DNA of 48,434 bases from Reclinomonas americana ATCC 50394 (Eukaryota): the NCBI GenBank assembly GCA_048213135.1, contig PS015094.1, positions 41,104 through 89,537 of the forward strand, written 5' to 3'. Each line of letters begins with the position of its first letter. Positions within the stretch are counted from its first letter, which is position 1. Below the pieces are notes generated by a model, which had not been told where the DNA came from, made no database searches, and was given only the letters and a program-made list of their open reading frames with translations. A program made the translations under genes and the position numbers. This document shows, piece after piece, positions 24,850-39,344 of the stretch.

Positions 24850-26462
24850 CTATCTGACTCCCGGCGCTGCGGAAAAGTCTACGAGAGGTGTGTACAGGGC
24901 GGATGGTGCGTGATCCACCTGAGGCAGATCGACGTGCTGCTTTGCCCTGCCACGTCGCTTGTCGACCCACTTGAACCAGAAGCCGAGGGCCAGTGAGGAC
25001 AGCCGGAAGGCCGCCGTGCAACCACCTGCATGGCGTGGAGTTGGGTGAGGAGCGGAGGATGGTGAGGCAGGGGTCAACGCGTTGAACGCAACCAGACAAG
25101 CTGATCAGCAGGCCAAAGTAGGAGGCGAGGGACATGGTGCGCGTCTGCACGTACTCGATGCCCTTGGTGGAGAACATGGTGAAGCTGGTGGAGGGGGGAA
25201 GGGGGAGGGGGGAGGGGAAGGAGAGGCAGGGGTGAGGGAGGGGATGAGGCAGCGAGAAGCAGAGAAGCGCAGAGAGAAAGGACAGCACAGCGAGGGAGAG
25301 CACATCGAGAGAGAGAGAGAGCACAGCGAGAGAGAGAGAGAGAGTACAACGAGTAACAGAGAGAGTGAGAGAGATCAAAGCGAGAGAGAGAGAGCACATC
25401 GAGAGAACACAGCGGAGACAGACCACATGGAGAGAGCACAGATTGAGAGAGGGACAGCACAGCGAGAGGGAGGGCACAGCGAGAGAGAGAGAGAGCACAG
25501 CGAGAGAGAGAGAGTACAACGAGTAACAGAGAGAGTGAGACCACAGCGAGAGAGCACATACGAGAGAACACAGCGGAGACAGACCACATAGGGCGAGACT
25601 ACAGATTGAGAGAGGGACAGCACAGCGAGAGGGAGGGCACAGCGAGAGAGAGAGATCGTGCAGGAAGAAACAGGGAGGGACGGGAGGGGAGAGTGAGGGA
25701 GGCTGGCAGGCAGCGAGAACCAGAGAAGCAGGAAGAGGGAAGAGGAAAGAATTGAAACACAGGGGAGGGAGGGGTGAGAAGACACAGCATAGCAAGAGTG
25801 CACAGTGAGGGAGAGCTCAGCGCAGCGAGAGAGAGAGAGAGCACAGCGAGAGAATAGAGAGAGAGAGAGCACGCAAGAGGCGGCGAGGGAGGGAAGAGAG
25901 GATGAGTGAGAGGCTGTCAGCGAGAAACAGAGAAGTGGGGACGAAGGAAGACCAGGAATGGAATGACGGAGGTAAAGGGAGGAGTAGAGAGAGAGAGGAG
26001 GACGATGGAGGAGGGGAACGAGTCAGAGAAGTGGCAGGGAGAGGGGGCAGGGAGTTGTAGGAGGAGACAGAGAGAGATGGAAGGAATAAAGGAATGGAGA
26101 GTGAGAGTGAACGAGCATGTCTCACTTTCCCCACACAGACCTGATACCCAGCTGCGTGGCTGGGTTTGCCAGCAGCTCGCCACCACCGCCCACAGCAAAT
26201 GCCTCAAACCGCGTGTAGTCCAGCGTCTTGTCGAGATAGGAGAACTGTTGGGCTGTGACACACACTACATCAGCTCGAGAACTCCCCGCACGCACGCCAG
26301 CCACATATCGCTACCTTGCAGATTGAAAACGGCCACTGCAACACACCAAAGTGAGACAAGCACACAATTCGTCTCATCGCAAAAGCAAACGCACGAGAGC
26401 CTGGACTCGTTCCGAGTTGGTTGGAAGACATCTCAACCTGCGCGCCACAAATCAGCATCGCC

Positions 26463-26509
<47 letters not shown>

Positions 26510-27005
26510 AAGACAACTCTGCAAAGAGGTGCGCGCGTGCACATAAAGAACCGACGGCTTGTGCCTCATTCACTCACTCGCTCACTGCTAATGTCTCTTG
26601 ACTCATCACCACACAGCAGCCTCTCCCCTTCTGGCGAAAACTCGGTGGGGAGATACGTGCGCGTGCACGGGAAACCGATGGCTTCTGCCATCCACTCACT
26701 TGCTCACTGTGCACATCGATGCGTCACCACACAACAACCTCTCTCTCTCTCTCTCCCTCTCTCTCTCCAGAGCGCGCGCACGTGTGGACGGAGAATCTGC
26801 AATCTTTGGCCTTCCTTCCTATCTCAATCGCGCATCGCGCGTTCCGTCTCCACAGCGCCGCAGCCTATCTCTCAATCTCTTTCTTCCTCTCACTGTCTCC
26901 CCTATTCTCCCACGCGCTCACTGTAACTCACTGCTTATGTCTGTCGACTCGTCACCACACAGCAGACTCTCCCCCTCTGGCGACAACTCAGCGTGTGGAT
27001 GGGAA

Positions 27006-27039
<34 letters not shown>

Positions 27040-28174
27040 GACAGAGCGCACACGTGTGCATGGAGAAACTGCAAGCTTTTGCCTCCTTCCCTTCCTCACT
27101 TGCTCGCTGTGTCTGTTCCCTCTTCATCATGCCGCAGCCTCTCTCTCTTTCCCTCACTCCCTCTCCCTCTTCCTCACCTTAGTAAGCTCCACAAAATCAT
27201 TAAACGAAAGCTGCGACACAGCAACCACCGTCAGAACACCACCATCTCCGATTCCAACACTCCCCTCTATTGATCACCCTTTCGCCACGCCCCCCTTCCC
27301 CTTCCCTTTCCCTCAATCCCCTTTCCCTTAATACCCCCTTCCCTTCATCCCACGCACCACCGACCCCGGCGGCACCAACTGCGCCAAATCCACACTCTGA
27401 TTCGGCTCATACAACGTCACAAACGACGCCGACGTGCTGTCCACTCCATTCGCAATCAGCGTCAAGTACGGCTGCGATATCAAGTGCGCATTGTCGGGCA
27501 CCGTCAGCAGCTGCTGAAAGTTGACGACCCAGCACGTCGATTGTATGCAGCGATGGTTCCCATCAAACTCCTTCGCCGGCGCACAGTGAGCTGTGAATCG
27601 CCGCGCGGTACAATAGAGGAGGAGAGGACGCAACATCGCAAAAGCTGCCAAACAGCGGCTGACTCGGCGGCATCGGCCACGTGTGCGGAACACACGAGGT
27701 GGCATTGAAACCGACGACCCACAGACACTCCAAGTTGCTGACGGGCCCCGTGATGCAGAAATCAATGGCGGGAAACGACAGTGTGCCCGCCGCTGCCGGC
27801 ATACATAATATGCACCTTGTACAAGCAAGCAAAGAAGGCGGAAGAAGGAGAAGGGGCGACTGACCGACAGCGTTGACCGTCCAAATCGGATGCGCGTACG
27901 AATCAACAATCAGCGCAGTGTAATACCTGCACGCATGCGCGATTACTCCCCTGAGTGTGCGCGCTCCTCTCCCTTCTTCCACTTACCCAAAGAACCCGAT
28001 AAACACCGCCAATGCAATGCACACGGGCACCCAAAACACGATCGATTTGCGCTTCTTGTCGCCACCACTCTCCTGCTGTATTCTCGCCTCTAACCGTCGC
28101 AGGTCGGCTTGTAACGACACGCGAAGGCCTTCCGCGACTTCGTGAAGTTGCTGGTGCGTGACGGCGGCGCTCAT
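24850..28174 (-). CDS. 2-TM protein with Cys-containing extracellular domain, PAC(TMEM206)/ENaC-like, copy A (365 aa, 10 exons)
   Basis: Exons 28174-27987, 27926-27865, 27792-27635, 27570-27358, 27210-27178, 26437-26395, 26335-26315, 26252-26141, 25184-25093 and 25025-24850 total 1098 nt in frame. TM1 is IVFWVPVCIALAVFIGFFGYY, followed by LSFPAIDFC. TM2 is ASYFGLLISLSGGCTAAFRLSSLALGFWFKW. The gene is well supported; the family call is inference. Confidence 0.7.
26560..27100. repeat. Intronic ~350-bp-period degenerate duplication
   Basis: ctcactgct.atgtct...gactc.tcaccacacagcag.ctctcccc.tctggcga.aactc occurs at ~26581 and ~26927. Confidence 0.7.
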
Positions 28175-28236
28175 GGCCGACGCAAGAGAGGAAGAGTGAG
28201 CAGGACGACGTCTGTTCGGATCATCAGTCACGCAGA

Positions 28237-30347
28237 ATGAGCGATGGCGACGTTGCTGAGCTGCGACGACGACTGAGCGTGTTGGAGCGGCATCTTGCAG
28301 CAGCGTCGCAGTGGAGTGGCGACGTTGCGTCAACAGCAGCAGGAGAAGAGGAGAGGCGACGGGACAGGCCCATTCCGCGTGTGTATGCTCTGTGGATCCC
28401 ATTGCTGCTGGCAGGCGCAGTGTTTGCAGGCTTCTTTGGGTGCGAGAAAAGAGAAAGAGAGTGCTCTTGGAGGCACAACAGTTGCTCATCTCTCTGTTCA
28501 GATACTATGTCTATCGCACGGTGTACAGCTTCCAGAACCCTGAGTGGGTTCTTTCCCCGCTCGACTCGCCGGGGTTACCGTTGCCGGCGGTGCTGTTTTG
28601 CTTGTCGGGACCAACGGTGGGCTCGCTGGAGTGTCAGGTGGAGAACGGGACGTATTTCGGGCCGTGCCCGAGCAGCACCGTGTTTCGTAGCACTGCTCTT
28701 TTTTGTTGCAGGCCTCGATCAAGCTCACCACGTACTTCGCCTATAGGTATCCTAGCTCGACGCAACCGCTGTCGGCCAACTTTTGCCAGTCGTTCAGCGG
28801 GCACAACGATTGCATGAGCTACACGTGCTGGATTGTGAATTTCGATGGGTCGGTCGCGGTCGGCCCTCCGCCGGGCTCCTCGATCGTGACCGACACGAGC
28901 TTGCAGTTGATTGTGTCGGGCATTGTGCCGGCGCAGACCACGTCGTACATTACGATCTTTGATCCGAATCGCGCGGTGAACTTGGCACAGTTGATTCCGG
29001 CGGGACAGTTGCTGACGGCGGATGCGGCGCAGCGGCTGGCGTTGTCGTTTGAGAGTGCGCTGAGTGTGGCGGGGTTTGCGGGGACGTTGCGTCGGCGGAG
29101 AAGGGAGAGGGGGAAGAAGGGGAAGGAAAAGGGGGGAAAGGGAAAGGGAAAAGGGGGAGAAGAGGAGAGAGGGGAGCGCGAGTCGCAGAGCGAAGGGAGT
29201 GGAGCGAGAAGAGAATATCAGAGGAGTGCAACGAGAGAAGCAGAGCCGGAAGGAAAGAAGGAGAGGAGCCGAGCGGAGAGAGCGCAACGAGTCGAGGAAA
29301 GCGGAGCTGAGGGAGTGGAGCGGGAAAACACGGCAGAGGGATTTGATCGAGAGAGGAGCAGAGCGGAGAGTGGAATGAGGAAAGCAGAGTGCAAAAAGAG
29401 GAGAAAAACGGAGGGGCTTGAGCGGGAGGAGCATACCGCAGGAGCGCGACGAGGGCAGCAGGTGGAGGGAATCAATGGAGATGGGCATGCCGCGGGAGCG
29501 CGACGAGACGAGCACGGCGGAGGGAGAGAGGAGAGTAGTATATCGGGCAACGAGTGAAGCAGCGCGGAGGGACTTGCACTAGAGAGGAGCCGAGCGGAGG
29601 TAGTGGAATGAGGGGCACAGAGCAAATGGAGAGGAACGAAGAGCAGGGCAGACGGATTGGAGCGAAAGCAGCAGAGCTGAAAGATTGCACCGAGAGGAGC
29701 GGAGAGGAGGAATCGCAATGAGAGGGTGGAAGCGCAGGGAGTGCAGCGAGAGCAGCAGAGCAGCGGAAGCTGAACGAGAGGAACAGAGCGGAAGCGAAGA
29801 GGCGTGTCCTTTCTCTCACTCCTGTTTTCCGTGCAGATTGACCTTCTTCAGCTTGGACGCCACAAAGTACAGGTGACTGCGTGTTAGTCACAGTTGAACC
29901 TTGTTTACTTCTCACCCTCCTGTCGCAGTTACCTGCAAGCCGGTGAGAGTTTCACCAAGTACGGCGCGTCCATCATTGGCCTGGTGCAGGCGCTTCTCGC
30001 CGATCCGTCGTCGCAGATTGGAGTAGCGTTGCGTACCGCGGTGTTCTTTAGTGCGAGAGATGGTCACTTACCTGCTCCGCGCAGATTCACGCTGCCGGCC
30101 ACCAAGACGCTGCAGTTCAACGAGACGCACTCTAACGGAATCACGGCGTTGATTGGCAGTCTCGTCGGCGTGGCTGGTGAGTTGGGGAAGAAGGAGAAGG
30201 ATGAAGAGGAAAGAGGAGAAGGGTGAATGGGAAGAAGAGCGTACAGGATTGCTGCTTCTTTTGCGCGGGAGATGGCCACTTGTGCACTCGAGTTCCGCTA
30301 CCTCGTGTGCGTCACTCGCGTGTGCGCTCGATTCTGAGTCAATTGTG

Positions 30348-30408
<61 letters not shown>

Positions 30409-30894
30409 NNNNNNNNNNNNNNNNNNNNNNNNNNNNNNNNNNNNNNNNNNNNNNNNNNNNNNNNNNNNNNNNNNNNNNNNNNNNNNNNNNNNNNNNNNNN
30501 NNNNNNNNNNNNNNNNNNNNNNNNNNNNNNNNNNNNNNNNNNNNNNNNNNNNNNNNNNNNNNNNNNNNNNNNNNNNNNNNNNNNNNNNNNNNNNNNNNNN
30601 NNNNNNNNNNNNNNNNNNNNNNNNNNNNNNNNNNNNNNNNNNNNNNNNNNNNNNNNNNNNNNNNNNNNNNNNNNNNNNNNNNNNNNNNNNNNNNNNNNNN
30701 NNNNNNNNNNNNNNNNNNNNNNNNNNNNNNNNNNNNNNNNNNNNNNNNNNNNNNNNNNNNNNNNNNNNNNNNNNNNNNNNNNNNNNNNNNNNNNNNNNNN
30801 NNNNNNNNNNNNNNNNNCTCGAGTTCGTCGTACCTACCGTCGTGTCGTCGCTCGCGTCGTGTCGCGTCGTACGTTCTTGTAGTCGTACTAGTGA

Positions 30895-30942
<48 letters not shown>

Positions 30943-31518
30943 CTCTTTGATTCGCAACACGCCTCCGTGGTTTGTTTCTGTCACCTGTTTGACACTCTTC
31001 CTCTCTCGACACACCTCTCCTTTGCTGTGCCTTTGTCCAACACGGCTTCACTCAATTGAGAAGCTCTCTCTCGCTCTGTCCCTCTTTGGTTTGCAACACG
31101 CCTTCGCGGTTTGTTTCTGCCACCTGTTTGGCAATCTTCCTCCTGCTTTCTCCTTCGTCCTCTCGCGACATATCCCTGCTCTTGCTCGCCATTGCTCTCA
31201 GTGGTATCACTGCAGTTTCTCCGCATCCCAACTCTCGCTCTCGCTCTTTCGTTCGCGACACGCTTCGGTGGCTTTGTGCTCGTCTTTGGCATCGCTCTAG
31301 CCTGTTCTCTACACTTTCCTTCAAATGCGCTCCCTCATCCTCACTCGCTGTATCCTCATTCCTCCGCCCTCCCTCGTCCATCAGGTGGTTGCGCCTTTCT
31401 GTACCGCGTCGCCGGCTGGCTCCTCCGCTGGCTGTACCTCCGAAGAAGAAGAACAGCCAAGACGTCATTCACAAGCGAGGAGCTGCAGACTCCGCTAGTG
31501 CACATCAACAGTTCGTAA
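28237..31518 (+). CDS. 2-TM PAC(TMEM206)/ENaC-like protein, copy B (360 aa, 7 exons)
   Basis: Exons 28237-28439, 28502-28681, 28747-29085, 29837-29872, 29929-30027, 30085-30176 and 31385-31518 total 1083 nt. The product aligns with copy A (GFFGYY, LPAVLFC, QPL..FC, TCWIVNF, LAQL.P.G, LLA.P..Q.G, TPLV) and shares three intron positions. Confidence 0.72.
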
Positions 31519-31845
31519 TAAATCCAATTTGTTTCGCGCACGAGTTTGTTCAAGGATCGCATGAGCAGGCCTTCTCGGGTGTTCTCTTGCTGCTGATAAT
31601 GACGGAGAACAAGGAGGAGAAGAGAAACAAAACGCCAATCCAACAATGAACGTGTCACAGTCGCACGTTCTTAACAATGCGAGCTTGAAACAAGGCCATT
31701 TCTGCTCTGCCCTGTCTTCCTCACTTCACTCGCTGAGACTGACAAAGCCCTTGCTCGATACGATCCACATCAGCGACACAAAGCCTCTCCTACACTCCCT
31801 TCCCCCATCAACCCATCCCTTCCCTTCACCGACCTTTCCCTCAGT

Positions 31846-33090
<1,245 letters not shown>

Positions 33091-33157
33091 TTCGATTTTA
33101 TGGTGATCAATGTAATGCGTCCCACGAGGACACCAATCATTTTCCGCCTTTCAAGAA

Positions 33158-36117
33158 ATGAGCAGCGACAGCAGCGGGTCTTCGTCTTCTTCCTCGTCAG
33201 CATCCTCTTCTGGTGTGCTGTTGCTGGCGTCTGCTGCGACGTTGGCTTCGTCGACGTCGATGAGTGGCGACGTTGAGTGTATGGCCGTTGATCGCGCGCC
33301 CATGGTGCGTCTGTTGAGGCAGCATCCGGTGCAGATCAATGCTGATCGTCAGTTGCGTGGCTCAGAGAGTGTGAGTGGAAGGGAGGGGGAAGAGGAGAGT
33401 GAAAAGTGCGCGAAATCGAACACGTGTTGTCGTTCTCTCTCTCCTCTTCCTGCTCTTCTCTCTCCATCACTCTCTTTGTGTAAACGGGCGTCTGCTCCTC
33501 TGTTTGCGTGTGTGTATCTCTCTCTGTGCGCGCGTTTTCCTGGTGATTGTCATGAGTGGCAGTTGTGTGTCATGTCGTGAGATCCGAGTTCCAACACGAC
33601 TTGGAAGCCGCACTTCCCGCCTCTGCTGCCTGTGCACTCTGAGGGCTTCTCTGCATCCACTCTCTTGCCCACTCTCTGACACTTTGTAACCGTCATTCAC
33701 TCTCCCGCTCTTTCTCTCAGTCTTGTTGTCTCTCGTCGCACTCTCACTCCTTCTCTTCGCGTGTATCTTACCCCTCTCTCCTCTGCTTCTCACGTCTCCT
33801 CTCCTCCTCTGCGTGAGTTGTTTTTCTCATGAGATGCAAATCGAATATTCCTTTCTCGAACAGGCATGGCTGTGATCTTCTGTGGAGCGTGGAGCCTGGG
33901 CGAGTGATGTTTGCCGGTCGCACGCTGCAGGAGTTTCATACTCGCACTGGGCAGGTTTGTTTGGAGATCAGACTCTTCTGTGTCGCTCCTCTCGCTCCAC
34001 TCCCTCCGCTCTTCTCTTCTCGCTCCGCTCCCTCCGCTCTGCTCCTCTCGTTGCACTCTTGCTCTGCTCCTCTCGTTGCACTCCCTTCGCTCTGCTCTTC
34101 TCGTTTCACTCCCCCGCTCTGCTCTTCTCGTTTCACTCCCCCGCTCTGCTCTTCTCGTTTCACTCCCCGCTCTGCTCCTCTCGTTGCAATCCCTTCGTTT
34201 TGCTCCTCTCTCGTTGCACTCCCTCTTCTCTGCTACTCTCGTTGCACTCCCACGCTGTGCTCCTCTCGTTCCACTCCCTTCGTTCTGCTTCTCTCGTTCC
34301 ACTCCCTCCGCTCTGCTCCTCTCGCTTCACTCCCTCCGCTCTGCTCCTCTCGTTGCACGCCCTCCACCCTGCACCTCTCGTTGCACTCCCTCCTCTCTGC
34401 TCCTGTCGCTCCACTCCCTCTGCTCTGCTCCTCTCGTTCCACTCCCTCCGCTCTGCTCCTCTCGTTGCACTCCCTCTCTGTTCCTCACGTTGCACTCCCT
34501 CTCTGTTCCTCACGTTCCACTTTCTTCGCTCTGCTCCTCTCGCTCCACTCCCTTCGCCCTGCACCTCTCGTTGTGCTCCCTTCATCATTTTCTCCCATTC
34601 CCATTTCCTTTGTCATTCCTCCCATTCCTAACCCTTTCCCATTCTCGTCCCTTACCCCTTTCCCATTCCCTTTCTCCCCCTTTCCCTTCTCTCTCCCTTC
34701 CCCTTATCTCCCCTCTTGGCAGGTTCGCGACCTCGCCACCCTCGACTTCCAACCCACCACCATGAACGCCTCCACCACCTCCGGCTACTGCGTCGTGGGA
34801 GGCGCCGACGGCAATCTATGCGTGTTCCGCCTCGCCGACATGCAATGCGTGTTCAACGGCGCCGTCGGCCGGGCGCACGTGTGCGGCCTGGCCTTCACCG
34901 CCACGCTGCCCACCAACGGCGGCATGGCTCGTTCCGTGTTGAAGAAGCAAAAGGCGGTGGCGGCTGCAGGAGCGGCGGCGACGACCGCCTCCCAAGTGCT
35001 GCAGGGCGCCGTTCGTCGCCGCCCACCGGTGCGAACATGGTCACGCGTCGGCACGCAGCAGCAGCAGCAGGGGATGGAGGTCGACACGTCGGTCCAGGTC
35101 GCCGCCTCGCAGCACCAGCTGGCGTACTTGGTGGTGACGGGGGACGACGGCGCCGTGCGAGGTTTACTTGACTTCTACAGGGTGCTGTGTGCGTTCTGCT
35201 TGCTCACTCTCTATTCTGTGCCGCAGTGTGTGAGCTGCCCAGCATGACCGTGCTGGAGGTGATGACGGCGCCGAGTGCCGTGCGTCACGTCTCTGTGTGC
35301 TCGCGCACTGGTCGCCTGCTGGTCACTCGCGGCGGCAAGGTGTGCGTGCACTCGGCGGTCGGCTGCAGCGGATTTGACCCGGTGCAGAGCAACACCATTG
35401 ACGGTGCGTCTGCTGTGATGAGAAAGAGGTCTTGCGATCGCTCACTCACTCCTCACAGTGTTCCCGACCGGTGCTGGCTGCATGAGCACCAGCTGGGACC
35501 CGACCACCTCTCATTTCGCGGTGGCCAGCAAGGACGGTCATGTGGCCGTGTACGATGCCTCCAGTGACCTGCTGGTGGCCACCTTTGAGACGGAAAAGGT
35601 GTGCATTTGTTGTGAGAGGGCAGTGTCTGCTTCGTCGTTCGTCCTCACAATGTGTATGCAGGGCTCTGCACGTGCTCTGAAGTTCAACCCGAACGTCACT
35701 GTGCCGCTGCTGGGTTCGTGGAAACATGGTTGATCCTGCCCGTGCCTTCCTCACCTTGATTGACCCGCAGTGTTTGCCGAGTCGTCCAGCTTCCTCCACG
35801 TCGTCGACACGCAGTCCTTCGAGCATGAGCAGGTTGGTGACGAGTGCAGTGTCCTCTATGGAGCACACCGACTCACTGTCATCATCGCAGGTGCTGCGTT
35901 TGGAGCCTTTCGGCCTCGAGGACGCACAGATTACTGGCCTCACGTTTTCGCCGAATGGCGAGACACTGTTTATCGGTGTGTTCACTCGTTGCCTTTTCTC
36001 TGGTCTTCGCCAGTCTCTCACTCTTGTCCATTTTTCGCAGCGACCGAGTGCGCGCTGTTTGAATACGAAGTCTTGGCGCGCCGCAATCTGTGCTTCCAGG
36101 ACGGTTCGCTGTTGTAG
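33158..36117 (+). CDS. WD40 beta-propeller protein, DUF2415-like (438 aa, 9 exons)
   Basis: Exons 33158-33351, 33864-33954, 34723-35161, 35227-35403, 35459-35598, 35662-35713, 35771-35832, 35891-35975 and 36041-36117 total 1317 nt. Motifs: FAVASKDGHVAVYD, GSARALKF, FAESSSFLHVVD and ITGLTFSPNGETLFI. Confidence 0.78.
33980..34580. repeat. ~27-29-bp pyrimidine-rich minisatellite (CTCTGCTCCTCTCGTTGCACTCCCTCCG) in intron
   Basis: Visible tandem array. Related decayed units occur on the opposite strand at ~29200-29790. Confidence 0.88.
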
Positions 36118-36549
36118 AAAAGAGAAACTGTTTGCACCCGCGTGTGCGGGTTGTTGCTGTACATCGTGGCCACGAGGAGTTGCGTGCTAGTGGGTGCTTT
36201 AGTCCCCGGCGCACGCACTCTTTGTTGGCGTGTGCGAGAAGAGGGGAGGAGTATTTGAAATGAATCTGTCACCATTGTAAGAGGAGCAAGAGGAGAAGGG
36301 ATGGTGCAAGGTAATCGTGGAGAGCAGTGTGGCTGCACAGATGTGGTCTGTCGCCTGCAATGCCAAGGTGTGCAAATCGATGCAGCTGTCATACATATGT
36401 CAACCTTCCTCCTCTCCAATCGATGAATGCCGTCGAAACATCACCACGACTTCCTTTCTGCTTCTGCGTCGCAACCCAACATAGCTCTCTGACAACCCTT
36501 TCTCTTCACCACATCCCTTCCCCTTCCGCGTCTATCATCGCTTGATGCA

Positions 36550-38670
36550 TTACACACCACACAGCTCCATCACCTCTACCAGCGCCTCGGGATGATCGGC
36601 CGCCACCGCCTCCGGCAGCGAGTCGAGCAATCGCGCCAACGTAAACGACTCTCGCAGGATGCGGAAGAGCGGCGTCGAGCGCGCCTGCGACAGCACCCAG
36701 TGCAAGCACGCCGACGCCGCCGCGCCGTCCTCGCGCACCACCACACTCCAGAACGCGCAGAATCCAGGCAGCACCGACACGCCGTCGCCGCTCTCGTCGA
36801 CACGGTACAGCAGCTTGAGGCGGCAATTGTTGGGCGACAGGCACGTGAAGCCACGCTTGTCGGTGTGGATCGACACGCGCAGCTTGGAGAGGCTGCCGAA
36901 GCGCAGACCGCTCTTGGCCACGAAGCGTTGCGGGATGAGATTGACGGCCGGCTGGTCCACCACCTCGTCCTCCTCGGCCACTGGCTCCACCTCCTCTGCT
37001 GCAGGAGGAGCGACAGGAGCGGCAGCAGAGACGACTGTGGGAATGGTTTCCTCGTCTGGATCGGCCTCGTCGCCGTCGCCCTTGCGGCGCAGCGCATTCA
37101 GCCGTCGGCGCAGTCGCCGCTTGGCGCTGCTCGAAAGCTCAGGGTCGTCGAAACGCGCGAGAATCGCTCGCTCCTCCTCCTCCACAGTGGGCTTGCCGCC
37201 AGCAAAACAAGCAGGTGCTGCGGCGGTCGCAGAGCTGCCACTGGCGCCAGCGGATGGCGGTGGATCGCACTCTCCATCCTCGTCCTCCTCGTCCTCGTCT
37301 TCATCATCGTATCCACGACGACCACCACCACCACGACCGCCGCCGCCACGGCCACCGCGGCCCCCACGCTTTCCACGTCCACGCTGACCTCCGCCTCCTG
37401 GTTGCGCCTCGGTGGCAGACGGGCGAGCCACTTGCTGGTGGGTCATGATGAGGCCGAGGCTGGGGAAGGATTGCTCGCGCTTGCCGGCTAGTGGGATGAC
37501 GGAGGGGTACAGGAAGGCCTGCACAGGGGGAAGGTGGACAAAAGGAGAAGGGTGGGGAGGGGGGAGGAAAAGGGAAGAGAGGAGGAGAAAGAGAAGCAGA
37601 ATAGCAAAAAAGGAAAAATGTGAGCGAGAAAGCAACGACGGCAGGGAGACAAGCAACAGTGTGCAGGAACGGTTGCTAGAGCGAGAAGCTCGGAGCAATG
37701 GAGAAAGAGAGAGAGAGAGAGCATAGCCTGGAAATCAACAGTCAAGATGACGAGACAAGTACACGATGAAGATGCGATGCAGACACAACTGCAGAGCAGA
37801 GAAGAAGGCAGAAGAGAGCAAGACATTCGAATGAGTGCGACGGCTGGAGATAACAGCGACAAACGGAGATCGCGAGTCAAGCCACTAGATCTCGCAAATC
37901 AGACAGAAGAGCCATGAGACGTGGAAGGCGAGTCTCGACTTCACTACCATGCAAGACTAACTAGCAAACAACGAAGCGCCGCAAGGGCAAAGGAAACTAT
38001 GGAGGAGAGAACTCAGATCAAGAGTTCCGCTACAAGACGCAAGCCAAGTCAGACAAACGACTGCATGCTTCACGCTGCGAGACACCATTGCATGTCCACG
38101 CGCAGCAGCAGAAGACAAGAGAGAACATGGAATGAGAGCTACTCTTCACCATCTCGCAAGCCATGCAAAAGACAGTGTGCCGACACCACACTAAGCTCCC
38201 TCACGTCCCTCTTCCCCACTTCCCCCCTTCCTCCAATATCACGCAACATGCGTCACCAAATTAAACACCGCCTCAAAGCACCCCAAATGCTCCACACTCG
38301 CCCTCTGCGGCGGCGGCTGCTGCCTGCGAGCGCCACTCGCCACTGCCATTGGCGGCCGCAACAAATCCGTCACATCACAGCACTGCCACGACACGCGCAC
38401 ATTGCCCGCGAGCGCCTCATGCCGAATCCCACGCGTCTCCAACGCACGCACCACTCGTGCAGGCAAGCGCACTCCAAATTCACCCGAGCGACCGGCAATG
38501 CCACTGACGAGCAGAAGTTGCTCGGCTTGCGGGTAGTCCTTGGGAGGAGAAGGCTGTGAGTGAGTGCATGCAGAGATGAAAGGGCGAGCAATGTGTGAGA
38601 GAGCGGAACATTGCCGTATTGTGCAAGTGTTGGGCAGGCGGTGGAGAAGCCGAGAAACGGCGAAAACAGT
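36550..38670 (-). CDS. Hypothetical protein with RGG and acidic tracts (5' part lost in gap)
   Basis: Probable exons 38670-38610, 38553-38248 and 37518-36550 join in phase 0. The ORF is long, GC-rich and coding-like, with RGRGKRGGRGGRGGGGRGG followed by DDEDEDEEDED. No family recognised. Confidence 0.65.
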
Positions 38671-39263
38671 CTGTAAAGAAGGTTGCATTACAGTGAGGCA
38701 TGATGAGTGCATGTTCTCTCTCTCTCTNNNNNNNNNNNNNNNNNNNNNNNNNNNNNNNNNNNNNNNNNNNNNNNNNNNNNNNNNNNNNNNNNNNNNNNNN
38801 NNNNNNNNNNNNNNNNNNNNNNNNNNNNNNNNNNNNNNNNNNNNNNNNNNNNNNNNNNNNNNNNNNNNNNNNNNNNNNNNNNNNNNNNNNNNNNNNNNNN
38901 NNNNNNNNNNNNNNNNNNNNNNNNNNNNNNNNNNNNNNNNNNNNNNNNNNNNNNNNNNNNNNNNNNNNNNNNNNNNNNNNNNNNNNNNNNNNNNNNNNNN
39001 NNNNNNNNNNNNNNNNNNNNNNNNNNNNNNNNNNNNNNNNNNNNNNNNNNNNNNNNNNNNNNNNNNNNNNNNNNNNNNNNNNNNNNNNNNNNNNNNNNNN
39101 NNNNNNNNNNNNNNNNNNNNNNNNNNNNNNNNNNNNNNNNNNNNNNNNNNNNNNNNNNNNNNNNNNNNNNNNNNNNNNNNNNNNNNNNNNNNNNNNNNNN
39201 NNNNNNNNNNNNNNNNNNNNNNNNNNNNNNNNNNNNNNNNNNNNNNNNNNNNNNNNNNNNNNN

Positions 39264-39332
<69 letters not shown>

Positions 39333-39344
39333 AGAGAGAGAAAG

